DNA of 64,000 nucleotides from Adineta vaga. Taxonomy: Eukaryota; Animalia; Rotifera. Location of the stretch: the NCBI GenBank assembly GCA_021613535.1, contig CP075496.1:13950001-14014000 (forward strand). Direction: 5' to 3'. Position 1 is the first letter of the stretch, and every line of letters begins with the position of its first letter. The position numbers and the translations under genes are program-made. Below the pieces are notes generated by a model, which searched no databases, was not told the origin of the DNA, and saw only the letters and a program-made list of their open reading frames with translations. Below are positions 11,601 to 25,300 of the stretch, in pieces.

Positions 11601-14600
11601 TTTGTGATTTATCTTTTCCAGTTACAGTTAAACCTAATGGAATTTGTAATGGATACCATTGTTCAATATATTGATTTCCAGTTATCGTTGATAAAGGAAT
11701 ATCAATATAACCAATTAAATCAACATCATGTCCATTGATTTGTTTTGGCTTTCGTCGTTCAATTTCTCGATAGATTTTACAACGAAGTTTCGAACAACCT
11801 GAATAATATTTCATTGAAATATATATGTATAAATAATAAATAAATAAAAGTTTATTTACCTTCAGGAATATCTTTAAATGTAAAATTTTCTCCCCAGAAA
11901 AGTATCTCTCGTCGTTCTTTACTCGTTGTTTTTCCATAAATATCATCATCAAGAAAGATTTTCACATAATATCTACAAAGACATTTAAATTAAGAAACAA
12001 AAAACAATTTGACAAACTAACTTTTTCTTCATGGGTAAACCTTTCGCTTCTAATATCCAAATATCCAATGAATTATCTGTTCGTAATCCATGTAGTTTTG
12101 TAATTGTTTCCAAAGATGTTTGTCGAAGATTATTGATTAATAAAGACGCTTCAGGTGAATATTGTTTTGAACGTAGATAATAATTTTTCTTCTCATTTTT
12201 ATTTCGAATTTCAATACATTGATAAGATGGAAAATGTTCATCTGTTTGTTCTGAAGAATTCGGTAAAATACTTGAATGTAAACGACGAATATGACAATTA
12301 TCGAGCATAATTTGATTCGGAATTGTTGTAGAAACTGATCCTAAGGAATTATTTGCAGATGGACCATTGAGAACGAAAAGAGATTCATGTGAACGAGATC
12401 GATTTGTTGGAATGTTACTAAATGAAGAAAGATTTTGAAGTGAAAAACGAGAGAAAAATAGATTCTTACTGAAGAGATGGAGATATTTGAGGATTATTTG
12501 GAGTTATTAATGGTTGTTGAAGACGTTTTTGTCGTTCAAGTTTTGTAACACTTTTTGTACGTTTTAGAGAATCAAGAGTGATATTTGGTGATGGTAAAGA
12601 TGTTTGATTATGATTAGATTTATTATGAGTCGATGAACGACCAAAAAAATATGAAAATTTTGTTTTAGATTGACGAGTTGATGCCGTGGTTGTTGAAGAT
12701 AAACGATCAGATAAAGAATCTATATACATCGAAGATAGAAGATGAAAGAGAAATTTATTCAGAAAAAGAAGAAGAAAAAAGGGAGTGGCTCTCGTAGGAG
12801 TTGAACCTGCAATCTTTTCATCTGAAGTCGAACGTCTTCGTCGACAAGGCCAACTTAGAAAAAGATAGATGAAAAAAAGAAATGAATTAATGGACCAATG
12901 CTGAACATGCTCAAAGGGAAGAAAGAGAGAGAAAAAAATATATATATATATAAGAAAAAAAGGAAAAGGCGACCCTGGCAGGATTCGAACCTGCAATCTT
13001 CTGATTCGAAGTCAGACGCCTTAGCCATTAGGCCACAAGGCCGATGTTCTACGCAAAAGTGAACTGTTGATTGAACTCGAGAAGAATTCTCTTGAAATGT
13101 TTTGGAAATGAAAAGGTCTATTGTTATTTAAATGTTTGATACTTTCTCAATGAGATACAATTTGAAATATCTTATTAACATACAATACTTAACGAACTTC
13201 TTAAATAATTCCTAACTTTCTTTTCTTTCGTGAATACGAAAAAGAAATCGGATTAATGAAAAGAGACAAGTGATTCTCTTCTACCTTGATTGACGAAATG
13301 AAATAGGAAGAGAAAGAGGTGAAAACTGAATGAAGGTTTACCTTGAACGAGCATTTGTTCACCTTCTCGAGTCATTTGTTAAAGAGTTAAAAAAAACGAT
13401 ACGAATGTGACAAATAGTCTTTGTTAAAGGTGTGTCATTTCTTCTCAATAACGGAAGTTCATATAAATGTACGGAAGAAAACGCCTTCGATAAATCTATG
13501 CTTTCACTATTGAAATCTAAACGAACCTTGATCATCATTAGGATCAAATTCTTCTTCTTCTATAATTGATACTCGTTGATGATAAATTGATGTTGAAAGA
13601 GAGATTTTCTCATTAGGATTTGTTGATGATGTCATCAGTTGATTATTAGATGCCCACTTCTTAAATAAATGTCGCATTTTATCTAATTTTTTATTGTTAG
13701 ACAACAACGATAATAATGACGCATTGAACAATCGATCGTATCTTTATATTTTTTTCCTCTCTAATACAAAACGAGACAATACAAGATAGATAGAGAGAGA
13801 GTGAATAAATATTCTCTCTTTCTTTCTCTTCTTCTCGATATGGTGGCTGTATAGTAATTGAAATGTAATCGGAATCGATCTGTAACATCGAACAATTATT
13901 ATAACACATATAGGCACGCGTATGTGCATATAAACACACACACACACACACACACGCCGTTGGGCTCCTAGTGATTATCATTCGACGCATATTGCGAATC
14001 GGTCGTTCTCTCATTTTTTTTTCTTTTTCTAGACAACCATATATTTAGATATGTATGTTTGGATAGACAAGTGGGATGAAATGCGGAACGATAATGTCTC
14101 TATCGAGAAAGAAGAGAAGAAAGTAGGATAATTTCTATTTAGATAACACATCAAAACAGATGTGAAGAAGAGAAATATTGTCGAATTGATTTAGCTATTA
14201 ATCAAATATAAGGTTCTCTGTTCGAAACTCATGTCCAGATTGCTATGATTTAATTCTTCTAGTTCATGTCTGAGCTTGTATGTATGATCGGAGTATGTCC
14301 TAGGACATATAAAACCCACCGGTCATCGTACAATGCGAAAGATCGATGACATGCCGAGAACGGTTGTATGAGCAATCTATCCTTTTATTTCATTCTCTCT
14401 CTCTCTTCATCATATTCATGTGATATTTCTCACTTATCCTTCTGTGTTATTTTCTCTTACTAGTTGATCCGATTATTAAATCTCGAGTTCTATTAGTTTG
14501 ATATGAGCAAGGCAAAACTGATATCTTTAAAGGTCATGATGATCATTAGGTTTTCTTTTTGTTAAAGTTTGCCTCATTAATATCCTACCCGTGAATGATG

Positions 14601-14895
14601 CATGTCGAATAGGATTCGATTGAATTGGATTATTATTCAATGGAGTTAACGTTGCTGTTTTATCCTCATTGGTTGTCGATGAAGAAAAAATAGCTTTAGA
14701 TAATGATGGTGACATATATTCTGATAATGATTGTAACATATAACTTGGTCGAAGAACATTAACAGATGAACGTCCAACAGGATTATTTGTTAATACTGAT
14801 GATGCACAAAGTGATGATGACGATGACGAAGATGTTGCTGAAGATGATAAGGATATCATTTCACTATTTAAATCGACAATTGGTGCTTGTTTCAT
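8700..14895 (-). CDS. RasGAP of the SynGAP/DAB2IP/RASAL2 (nGAP) family: PH-C2-RasGAP-coiled coil, multiple isoforms
   Basis: [26 protein letters not shown] (PH), [12 protein letters not shown]...YGKTTSK..LFWGENF (C2), [58 protein letters not shown] (RasGAP), then polyQ/Ser-rich linker and coiled-coil end. Stop at 8700-8702. Confidence 0.92.
9628..9826 (-). repeat. Coding trinucleotide repeats (CAA)n and (GAT)n giving polyQ and polyD tracts in the RasGAP
   Basis: (TTG)n runs at about 9628-9650 and 9780-9805 and a (TCA)n run at about 9807-9826 on the + strand; ORF 9371-9910 shows [14 protein letters not shown] and QQQQQQQQ. Confidence 0.85.
12786..12851 (-). pseudogene. Degenerate tRNA-Arg-derived copy with TCA in the anticodon position
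   Basis: GGCCTTG T CGACGAAGACG TTCGA CTTCAGA TGAAA AGATT GCAGG TTCAACT CCTAC GAGAGCC A aligns with the neighbouring tRNA-Arg. It has a 7-nt D-arm deletion, mismatched stems, an intact B box and a downstream oligo-T. Confidence 0.75.
12970..13042 (-). tRNA. trnR-TCG: tRNA-Arg (anticodon TCG), intronic in the RasGAP gene
   Basis: 73-nt GGCCTTGTGGCCTAATGGCTAAGGCGTCTGACTTCGAATCAGAAGATTGCAGGTTCGAATCCTGCCAGGGTCG folds as a full cloverleaf with loop CTTCGAA, A and B boxes, and a T-run terminator. Confidence 0.96.
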
Positions 14896-16310
14896 TGATT
14901 GAACATACTAAAAGTATTATTTGATAGTTTATGAAAGAAGAGAAGAGAAAAAGAAAAAAAGGTGAAAATCATTCATCTATTTTTAAAAGAATTCTCTCTC
15001 GGTTTTCTTTTCGATTTCATAATCATCATCAAACAAATGAAAAGAAGAGAAAAAAAACTCCGACCGGAAGTTCAGATCAATTTACGTTATGTCCATTAGT
15101 TTTTTTTTCTTTTATTGATCAGTTCAATTTACCATTTGGTACTCATTCTAATCGTGTGCAGATATACAAATGAATAGGAGAAGGAAGAAAAAAAGAACTA
15201 GTTCTATCAGAGAATACATACGAACAAACATTCTATTTATGTGTGCCTATGTCTCCCACGCACTTACGCATGTGCAAGCTGCTCGATGCGATGATATGTA
15301 GCATAGCACACGGATGAAATATCGACATCAGTTGATGGACATACATAACAGAAGAAAAGAATTGATGGAAGGTCAATTTACTCGTACTAGTTTTCTAGTT
15401 GATGAGCTCAGTCAGTCAGTCATTCAATGTTTATCCAAATAAGAAAGAAAAATTCTACATACGTCATTGGAATAGAATGTCAATGTATGTTTTATTCGAT
15501 CGAATTCCAAATATTTTCGAATCCAATTTCGTTCATCATCGAGATTATCTTTAGAAAGAAAAAAAAAGTTCATAAAAGAAAAAGTTTATTCTTTCAATCG
15601 ACTTACTCGATACATCGAACCAAGCATAAATTTGTTGAGATGAATCATTCTTCATTGTTTTCTTTTCTTGAGATTTATTAGTAGAATGTATTCAACATAT
15701 CTGACGTTAAATTTGATCAATGGAAAGTAATTCAAATCTCGATTCAATACAAAAGAATGAATGACATATCTATAAAAGAACAACAATTCATTGCTAAAGT
15801 TATGTGTCAATATGTAATCGATATATTTGCTATTTAAATCGAATGATTCGCTTTCTTTTGACATAATAAACAAAATACAAACTTCAAACTATAATTGCAT
15901 GTTGTTTTCTCTTAACTAAATAGAAAAGAAATATTAATGCTTCGTTGATCAAACGAGCAGAAAAAAAGAAAAAAAAGAAACTGTAGACAGTCATAATCGT
16001 TCTGTGTTCTGTTTTTTTCTTTTTGTATGTACATATAACATAGGATCTATTTATTTATTCTCTTTTTTATTTGTCTTTTTTTAACCAATCGAATTTAAGA
16101 GAAAATCCTTTAAGAAAAAATTTTAGGAATTCATTTATTTAAAAAAATGATATGTTCGAAAGTTTTTATTGAAAAAATTTTTTGAAAAATATCCATGATG
16201 TCGCTAGTAGTTAGACAAGAAAGGATCGGATATGTAATGCTGGTTTTTACCGAATAATTTTCTTTGGATCGAAGAGAATTCATTTCGTAAAAAAACGTAC
16301 TAAGATTAGA

Positions 16311-19300
16311 ATGGATATTGATTGTGAACATCATCAAATTTTACTTTCAATTATTCAACAAATACCAGAATTAAATCAAGATTTACAACCATTTCTTCAA
16401 ACAGTAAAATTGAGAAAGATAGAGAATAAATTATGAATATATTCTTGATTTTTTTTTCAGGAGAAATGGTCTCGAGATAAACGACATTTATTGATTAATC
16501 TTCTTGTTCAACAATTATTAAAAAATGATTCGTTAACATCGACATTTTATGAACAAATTCAAAGATTATTTCCGAAATATTTCATTGCATTTATTCATCG
16601 ACTTTCTACTGCGGTGAATTTTTCAAATAAAATAACAAATCATATATCAATTAAACAAAGATTTCTTGTTTTACTTGCACAAATTCTTCCAGATTATCCT
16701 TCATTACATACGTAAGAAATCATTTCTCTTTTTCTTCATCATTAGAAAATCTTTCATTGAATAGAATAACAGAAGATCATCTTCTATTAACTGATACATC
16801 ATTAATTGAATGGAAAGAAGAAAGTCCGAAAAAGAAATCGAAATATGTAAGAGAAAAAAAAGTTGTCAAAGCAAAATTTTCAATTATGTTTTTCAGAAAA
16901 TCAATCCAATGAATGAAGATATTTATTTACTTCTTGCTACACTTCGATTATTATTATTATCGAATTCAAAAAATCATCTAATACGTTCATGGAAATGGAA
17001 TTCACTTTGTTATTATCTATCAAATCAAGACGATGAAGATATTAAATGGTTTGTTGATATAAAAATTCCAAATTCTATTCATTCAATTCTCTCTTTAGGT
17101 TAGCCTTTCTCTGCTTATCAATTGTATTCAATATGTCATCAGATCAACAAGATATTTATCGACCAAATGTGTCAAATCGAACTATATTCAGGTAATAGAT
17201 TTTTAATTAAGAACAAAAAGAGGATTAAAATATTAGAAATCGTCATTTTTTCTATTTTCTTTTTTTAGAATCTTTGAATTACTCCATCCTAAACCTAGTC
17301 TTCGAATAGCTTCATTTTCCTGTGATAAACTATTTTTCAATGATGATTTTAAAAAGCGTACAGTATTCATCGGTGATATTCCGCTATCAAAATACAATCT
17401 TGATAAAAAATTTGATTCTATTTTACCATCAATTCAATTAACACATACATCAACAATTGAAAAATGTTTACGTGAAATTGCATTGAGTGTATCATTGAAT
17501 TGGACAACATTGATTTATAGTTCGATTAGTAATGGAAAAACTTTAATTGTTGAATATATTGCCGAACAAATCGGCAAACGTTTGATTAAAATTCAATGCT
17601 CAGATCATATGGATAGTAAAGTAATATCAAGTTTTTTTTCTTTTTCGAAACAATTTTATGGGTTTTTGTTTCTTCTTTCTATTAGGTTTTGTTAGGTACA
17701 TATCAATGTACGGATAAACCTGGAGAATTTCTTTGGACACCTGGTTTACTTGTTGAAGTAAAGAATAATTGAAGATGAAGAGTTTTGTTTTCTTATGAAA
17801 GATTTTTTTAGGCAACATCGGAGGGTCATTGGTTATTGATGGAAGATATTGATGCAGCTAGTTCAGATGTTTTATCAACAATTAAAAGTTTAATTGAAAT
17901 GAAAACAATTGGACATGGAACAATTTCACCTGATTTTCGTCTGTTTTTAACACAACGGTTTGTATGAAAATGAATTTTTCTTGAATTATCTTTCATTCTT
18001 TTCTCTCTCTCTCTAGTGATACAGGAGTTCCTGTTCAATCGAATGAATTAATTCATTTGTTAAAAAGTGTCTTCTGTGTTGTTATTCCATCCTATTCCGA
18101 TTCTGAAATCATTCAAGTAATACTTCTTGAAAATTACGAATTCTTTTATCGATTTTTCTTCGAATATTTAGATTATGGAAAATCTTCCTATATGGAATAA
18201 TGATTTACAATTATTTCAATTGAAATTATTTCGATTATATCAATCACTACAGAATACAAAAGGATCTATTCATACTCGTTTAGTAACTCTACGGTAAATT
18301 TTGATTTTGAAAAAGAAATAAAAATTCCTTCAAACTTTTCTTTTCTTAGTGATCTATTAAAATGTTGTCATCGATTATCAAGTTTATCTATTTCATTATC
18401 AATTCATCGACAAATAGCATTTCATGATGTCTTAGATTGTTTTGCATCGTTTTTAATGAAAGCAAATCGTTTAGAACATATTCATTCAGTTGGAACTTTA
18501 TTCAATATGAATAATCAAGAAGTAAGATAACGAAATGAAAAAGTTTTGTTTAATCGATTCATAAATTTTTAGGCTGAATTTTTTGCAATGAAATCACTTC
18601 CAGAATTCGATGAACATGATCCACAATATTTCTCAATTGGACATGTGAAATTAGAAATTCAAAAGAAGTAACAAAATACTAAAGAATGCGATTTTTTCGA
18701 AATGAAATTTTATTCATTTAGAAATTCATCAATTCAACAACAATATTGTTTTGCTAAAACTCGAATAGCAATGTTTATACTTGAACGAATTGCACGATGT
18801 GTTCAAATGAATGAACCAGTTCTACTTTGTGGTGAAACTGGTATGATATTCAAATCAAGTTTTTCGTAATTAAATAACTTCGAATTCTATTTTAGGTTGT
18901 GGAAAAACAACATTAGTTCAATATTTAGCACAAAAAACTGGTAGGAAAAAAGATTTTTTTTAATGTAAATCAAACGAAGAAAGTTCTGTGCTGTTTTTTT
19001 GTTCTCAGGAAATCGTCTTCATGTAATTAATTTAAGTCAACAGAGTGATGCAGTGGATTTACTTGGTGGTTATAAACCATTTGATTCGTTGTTATTATTA
19101 AAACAAATCTATCGAGATTTTACAATTGAACAAACAACGAATGATTATATTGATGAAATTCAAGTAAAAAAAAACAAATGTTTAAAGAAAAGAAAGAATT
19201 TCATTTGTTTTTCTTTATTTTTAGAAATCAATTCAATCAAAACGATATAAAGAAGCGATTAAATCAATGATTAAATATACAGATAAAACATCACCATTAA

Positions 19301-22300
19301 GAAATCAATTGATTAAATTACGAGATTCATTTAAATTAAAATCAAAATCGGCATTAATCTTTCGATTTCTTGAAGTAAAATCAAAGAGAAAAATGAAATA
19401 ACGAACAAATTTTTCTTTATCTAGGGTTCATTGGTTCAAGCATTACGAAATGGTGATTGGATTTTATTAGATGAAATTAATTTAGCTTCATCCGAAACAC
19501 TTCAATTACTTAGTGGAATATTAGAAAGTGAATATGGAACTATTTGGCTTGCAGAACGAGGGTAAAAATCAATTTAATTTATTTAAATAATCAACATATG
19601 ATTTGTAGAGATAAACAACCAATTGTTCGTCATAAAAATTTTCGTTTATTTGGTTGTATGAATCCTGCATCGGATGTTGGAAAACGTGATATTCCAATTG
19701 GTATTCGAAATCGGTAGGTTTTTTTTTTAAAAATGTTAAGAATTTCGATATTCATTTTGTCTTTCTAGTTTTACTGAATTATATGTTGATGAATGTGATG
19801 ATCGATCAGAATATACAATTATTGTTGATAAATATCTCAATCAAACAAGTATTCCTAAAGAATATATCGATCGTATTGTGACGTTTTATATTGATATTCA
19901 AATGAAAGTTAAGAATTTCTTCTTAACTTCATCATCAACATCAAATAATCGAATAGCAGTTACGTATAGGTAAATAAAAAGAAGAGTTTTATTCGAAAAG
20001 ATCTATTTTTGTTTGTTTTAGTTTGAGAACATTATGTCGAGCATTGAGATATGTTGCAACAACAAATTGGTCTGGAAAATCATATACTCGAGCGTTATTT
20101 GAAGTAAAACGATGAGTTTTTTTTTCACTTTGTATGATGAATTGTTTTATTTTTTCTTTTAGGGATTCTGTTTGAGTTTTTTTAGTCAATTAGATCGATC
20201 GTATTATCATGATGTTCAAAAATTAATTCATCAAATTATTTTACGTATGTTGATAAATTTGAATTATAAATCAATTTCTTTGTTTTCTAGAAGATAAAAC
20301 ATCGATTGTATCGCTGGTAAAAACGACTCAAATGGTTCTTTCTCATGATAATGCGAAAAAATACATTGAAATTCATAAATATTTCATTTTAAAAGGTGAT
20401 CAAACACTTCATCGAAATGAAAATTACATCTTCACACCAACTGTTACTGAAAATCTCATTAATATCATTCGTGTTCTTTCCGCTAAATCTTATCCAGTTC
20501 TTCTTCAAGGTGAAACATCTGTTGGTAAAACCTCTCTCATTCATTGGTTAGCATCAACAACTGGAAATAAATGTCTTCGAATCAATAATCATGAACATAC
20601 TGATCTTTCAGAATATCTCGGTACCTATACATGTTCATCAACAACTGGTCAATTAATCTTTCAAGATGGTCCATTAATCAAAGCGATGCGTTTTGGTTGG
20701 TGGATTATTCTTGATGAATTAAATTTAGCATCAAGTGATATATTAGAAGCATTGAATCGTTTATTAGATGATAATCGACAATTATATTTAAGTGAAACAA
20801 ATGAATTAATCAATGCACATGAACGTTTTCAATTATTTGCAACACAAAATCCTGCTGGTGAACAATATGCCGGACGAAAACGTCTTTCACGAGCTTTTCG
20901 AAATCGATTTATTGAATTACATTTTGATAATTTACCTCAAAATGAATTAGAAATAATCATAGAAAAAAAATGTCAATTACCCAAATCATATTCGAAATTA
21001 TTAATACAAACAATGATTGATTTACAAAAATATCGTTCACAAAAAGGCATTTTTTCGGGTAAATCAAGTTTAATTACATTGAGAGATCTTTTTCGTTGGG
21101 CACAACGATATACAAAATATGAAAATAAATGTGAAAATTACAAACAATTCTTAGCTGAACATGGATATTTATTATTAGCTGGACGAGCGAGAAATTTAGA
21201 AGATAGAAATTTTATTAAGAATATTATTGAAAAACATTTCTGTGAAAAGACAATGAATATTGATGAAGATATTCTTTTTGGTGAAGAAGGAAGTTCATTT
21301 TCTACAAGTGAAATATGGAAAACTATTCAAAATAATAATCATTTAAAACATATTGTATGGACACAACCATTAAGACGATTAGCTATTCTTTGTGCTTTAT
21401 GTGTACAATTTGATGAACCAGCATTATTAGTTGGAGAAACTGGGTATGTAGAAATTTTGAAATGTTTTGAAAAGATTAGTCTTTGTACTTTTGTAGATGT
21501 GGTAAAACAACTATTTGTGAAATTTTATCGAAAATTAATGGACAAAAATTGTATACAGTTAATTGTCATACGACGACTGAAAGTGCTGATTTTCTTGGTA
21601 GTATTCGTCCTGTTCGTCGACATGAACAAAATTCGAAATCTGATGAAAATCAAGGTTTATTTGAATGGCAAGATGGTGCATTAGTTTGTTCAATGAAAGA
21701 TGGTGGACTTTTTCTTATTGATGAAATCTCTCTTGCGGATGATAGTGTTCTCGAACGATTAAATAGTGTTCTTGAACCGGAAAAAGAATTAGTTTTAGCG
21801 GAAAAAGGTTACAATAACGATGATCAACATATTGATATTATTAAAGCACATGAAAAATTTCGATTAGTGGCAACAATGAATCCTGGTGGTGATTTTGGCA
21901 AAAAAGAGGTTTGATTATTTTTATTCATAAAATTTCACTATTTTGATAATATTTATTTAGCTTTCACCAGCATTACGAAATCGTTTTACAGAAATTTGGT
22001 GTACACCAAGTGAATCAATTGAAGATTTCTCTTCTATTATCGTTCATAATTTAACTTTAAATGAAAAAATTCACCGAGAACAATGTGCCAAACTTATGTG
22101 TGATTTTATTCAATATCTTCGAACTATTCAAACAACAAAACGGTAAAAACAATTTTTCAAGAAATATTTAAACTTAATTTTCTGAATATTTTTAGTATTT
22201 TAATAACAGTTCGTGATTTACTTAGTTGGATATCTTTCATCAATTTAAATCCAAATCATTGGCATTTTTCTTATGAACATGGGGCTTATTTAGTTTTTAT

Positions 22301-25300
22301 TGATGCTATGGATTCTTCATCTGTATTAAAACAACAAACAATGGAATTTCTTACGAATCAACAAAAAGAAAATTCAATTGTTTCAGAACAAACTCAATTC
22401 AATGAAAATCATTTGACATTCGGTTCATATTCAATTCCACGTGGACCCATAGTTTATAATGAAAAAGAAAGTTATAGTTTTAAAGCACCAACAACATTAG
22501 CCAATATTCAACGTTTATTACGTGCAATGCAATTAACAAATAAACCAATTTTAATTGAAGGAAGTCCTGGTGTTGGTAAAACAAGTTTAGTTATTGCTTT
22601 AGCTCAATTAGCTGGATATTCTTATATAAGAATTAATTTATCCGAACAAACAGATATTAGTGATCTGTTCGGTTCTGATTTACCCGATGTAGAAAGTGGA
22701 CAAGCTGGAAAATTTAAATGGCATGATGGACCTTTATTAACAGCAATTAAAAATAATCAATGGATTATTCTTGATGAAGTAAGAGATTTGAAATTGTCTT
22801 CGAACTATTTTTTATGTGAGACAAAAGTATCATTCGATCTTAGATTAGAAAAAAAGATATAACCACAATACATTTAAATTATACTCATCGGATATCATGC
22901 ATAGAGAAATTAGGTCAAACTTAGAAACATTTGTGCTTCGTTTGAATGTGACGTTAAGGAATTTTAAACAATATTCATTTGAAAATATCTTAGAAAGGAA
23001 ACATGATTATTACTACAATCATCTTCTTGAAAGTAACTGGTTGCTTCGATATTCTAAGATTATTTCTAAATAATATAAACTAAAATAATTCTCTCGTTTT
23101 CTTTTCTAGCTCAATTTAGCCAATCAATCGGTATTAGAAGGATTAAATGCTTGTTTAGATCATCGTGGTGAAATCTATATTCCTGAATTAAATCGAACAT
23201 TTTATATTCATGATAAACAATCATCTGTTCCATTACGTATATTTGCTTGTCAAAATCCTTATGGTCAAGTTAGTGGACGAAAAGGTTTACCAAAATCATT
23301 TATAAATCGTTTTACAACAATTTATTTTTCTGTTTTGGAACGAATTGATTTAAAAATCATTTGTCAACAATTGTATGAAGAAATTCGTGAAGAAATTTTA
23401 GACAAAATGTTAAATTTCAATGAAAAACTTCAAGAAGAATTCAATTCCAATCAATGGGATTTTAATTTACGTGATCTATTAAAATGGTGTCAAATGTTTA
23501 ATGAAGAGAATAGCAAAGCATTTGACCTGATTTATGTTAAACGAATGAGAACAACGAAAGATCGAGAAAAAATTCAAGAAATTTATCAACAAACAACTGG
23601 TTGGAATATTCAACCGATTGAAATCGATTTTAAAATGACTTCGAAAATCTTACAGGTAAACATATATAATCAGAAAAGTAGAGTATGAGTAGATAGCACT
23701 GTTGAATCTAAAATGATTTGCACAAAAATTTCGGACGTTTATAAAAACGGTCGAAATTTATATATTAACATAAAATCGATCACTCAACAAACGCCTAGGA
23801 AATTTCAAATAATAGCATCGATAGATTTTAAGTAAAGATGTACTTTAATATTCAGAATATTCTAATTTATATTGAGAATTAAAACAATAGAAGTGATTCG
23901 GTTCATTTGTGTTCATTTTCATTCTATTTCGATCAAGTATTTATAAATCATCTAATATCGGACTCAACAATGATAGATAATCGTGAGAATATTTAATCAT
24001 TGAAAGTTCTTCCTTCTTACTTTAAGTATTTCGGTACATCTTTAAATTTCTTCATTTAAAATTCATTTAGATTGGTTCAACTCAATGGTCTCGTGAATCG
24101 ATTCGTCTTCCAACTTTATCATTAACTCATCCACTTTTATTATTACGTCATCAATTATCAAATCTTTCATCAATATTTGAATGTTTATCCTTATCATGGC
24201 CAATTCTTCTCGTTGGTCCATCTTCTCGTTCATCCAAATCAACATTAATTCATTTATTATCATGTTTATGTGGACATCAATGTCATACGTTTGAACTTAA
24301 CTCTGCGATTGATACAAACGAATTATTAGGAAATTATGAACAATTTAATTTTCAACAATATGCTAAATATCATTTAGATTTATTAAAACATGAATATTTT
24401 CAAAAAAATCAAAGGAATCTTTCCAATGAAATCAATTATGAAAATCAATTGATTACAATTGAATATTTAAATGAATTAAAAGAATATTTTCCATCGGATG
24501 AAATTGAGAAATTAATTTCAAAATATTCTCAAGAACAACATTTCGTTTGGATTGAATCGATTTTAATCCGTTCAATGAAACAAGGCGATTGGTTAATTTT
24601 AGAGAGTGTTAATCAATGTTCATTAAGTGTTTTAGATCGTTTAAATTCATTATTAGAACCAAATGGACAATTGATATTGAATGAAGGTGGCGGACAAGGT
24701 TCAGTAATAAAACCACATAAAAATTTTCGTCTAATCTTAACAATGGATCCGAAACAAGGCAATGGAGAAATTTCACGAGCAATGAGAAATCGTTGTTGTG
24801 AAATTTATATTGATGATCAACAAAATGAAAATATTTATGATATGAAAGAATTAATTCAATCGTGTCAAATTTATCAAGATAAACAACAAGAAGATTTTCG
24901 ACAAATTCATCGAATACTTTCTCAAAAAGGTAAGATTCATTTGAAAGAAATATCTCTTTGTTAAATACGAACAGATCAATGTAGTCCAAAACAATTGTTA
25001 GAAAAAGAATAGAGATCGATTCAGTCTTACCGAATTTTATGTTAGAATAAGAGAAGTTTGGTATTCAATTTAAGAATGTTTTTGTCAACGAGAGAATGTC
25101 CGACATTTATGTCATTGTCCATTAGTCACGAATTACCTTCTCATTGGAACTCATTTTAACCGATAGATGATCTAAAAACTTGATTATCTATTTTAGTTTC
25201 AACATTTGCTTATCATAATTTAATCCGTGCTTGTTTATTATACAATGAATTATCTCATTCATCAACTGATCCATTTCGTATATCAATCAAAACAGCTTAT

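Noticed and set aside
12786-12851. tRNA-Sec, because of the TCA anticodon
   Set aside because: No long variable arm or extended acceptor stem; the sequence clearly derives from the adjacent tRNA-Arg.
12466-12996. ORF reading through both tRNA sequences, suggesting exonisation of the tRNA pseudogene
   Set aside because: The nearby AAG acceptor would be phase 2 while the upstream exons end in phase 1. Only the DSLSDRL... part is a real exon; the rest is T-rich intron.
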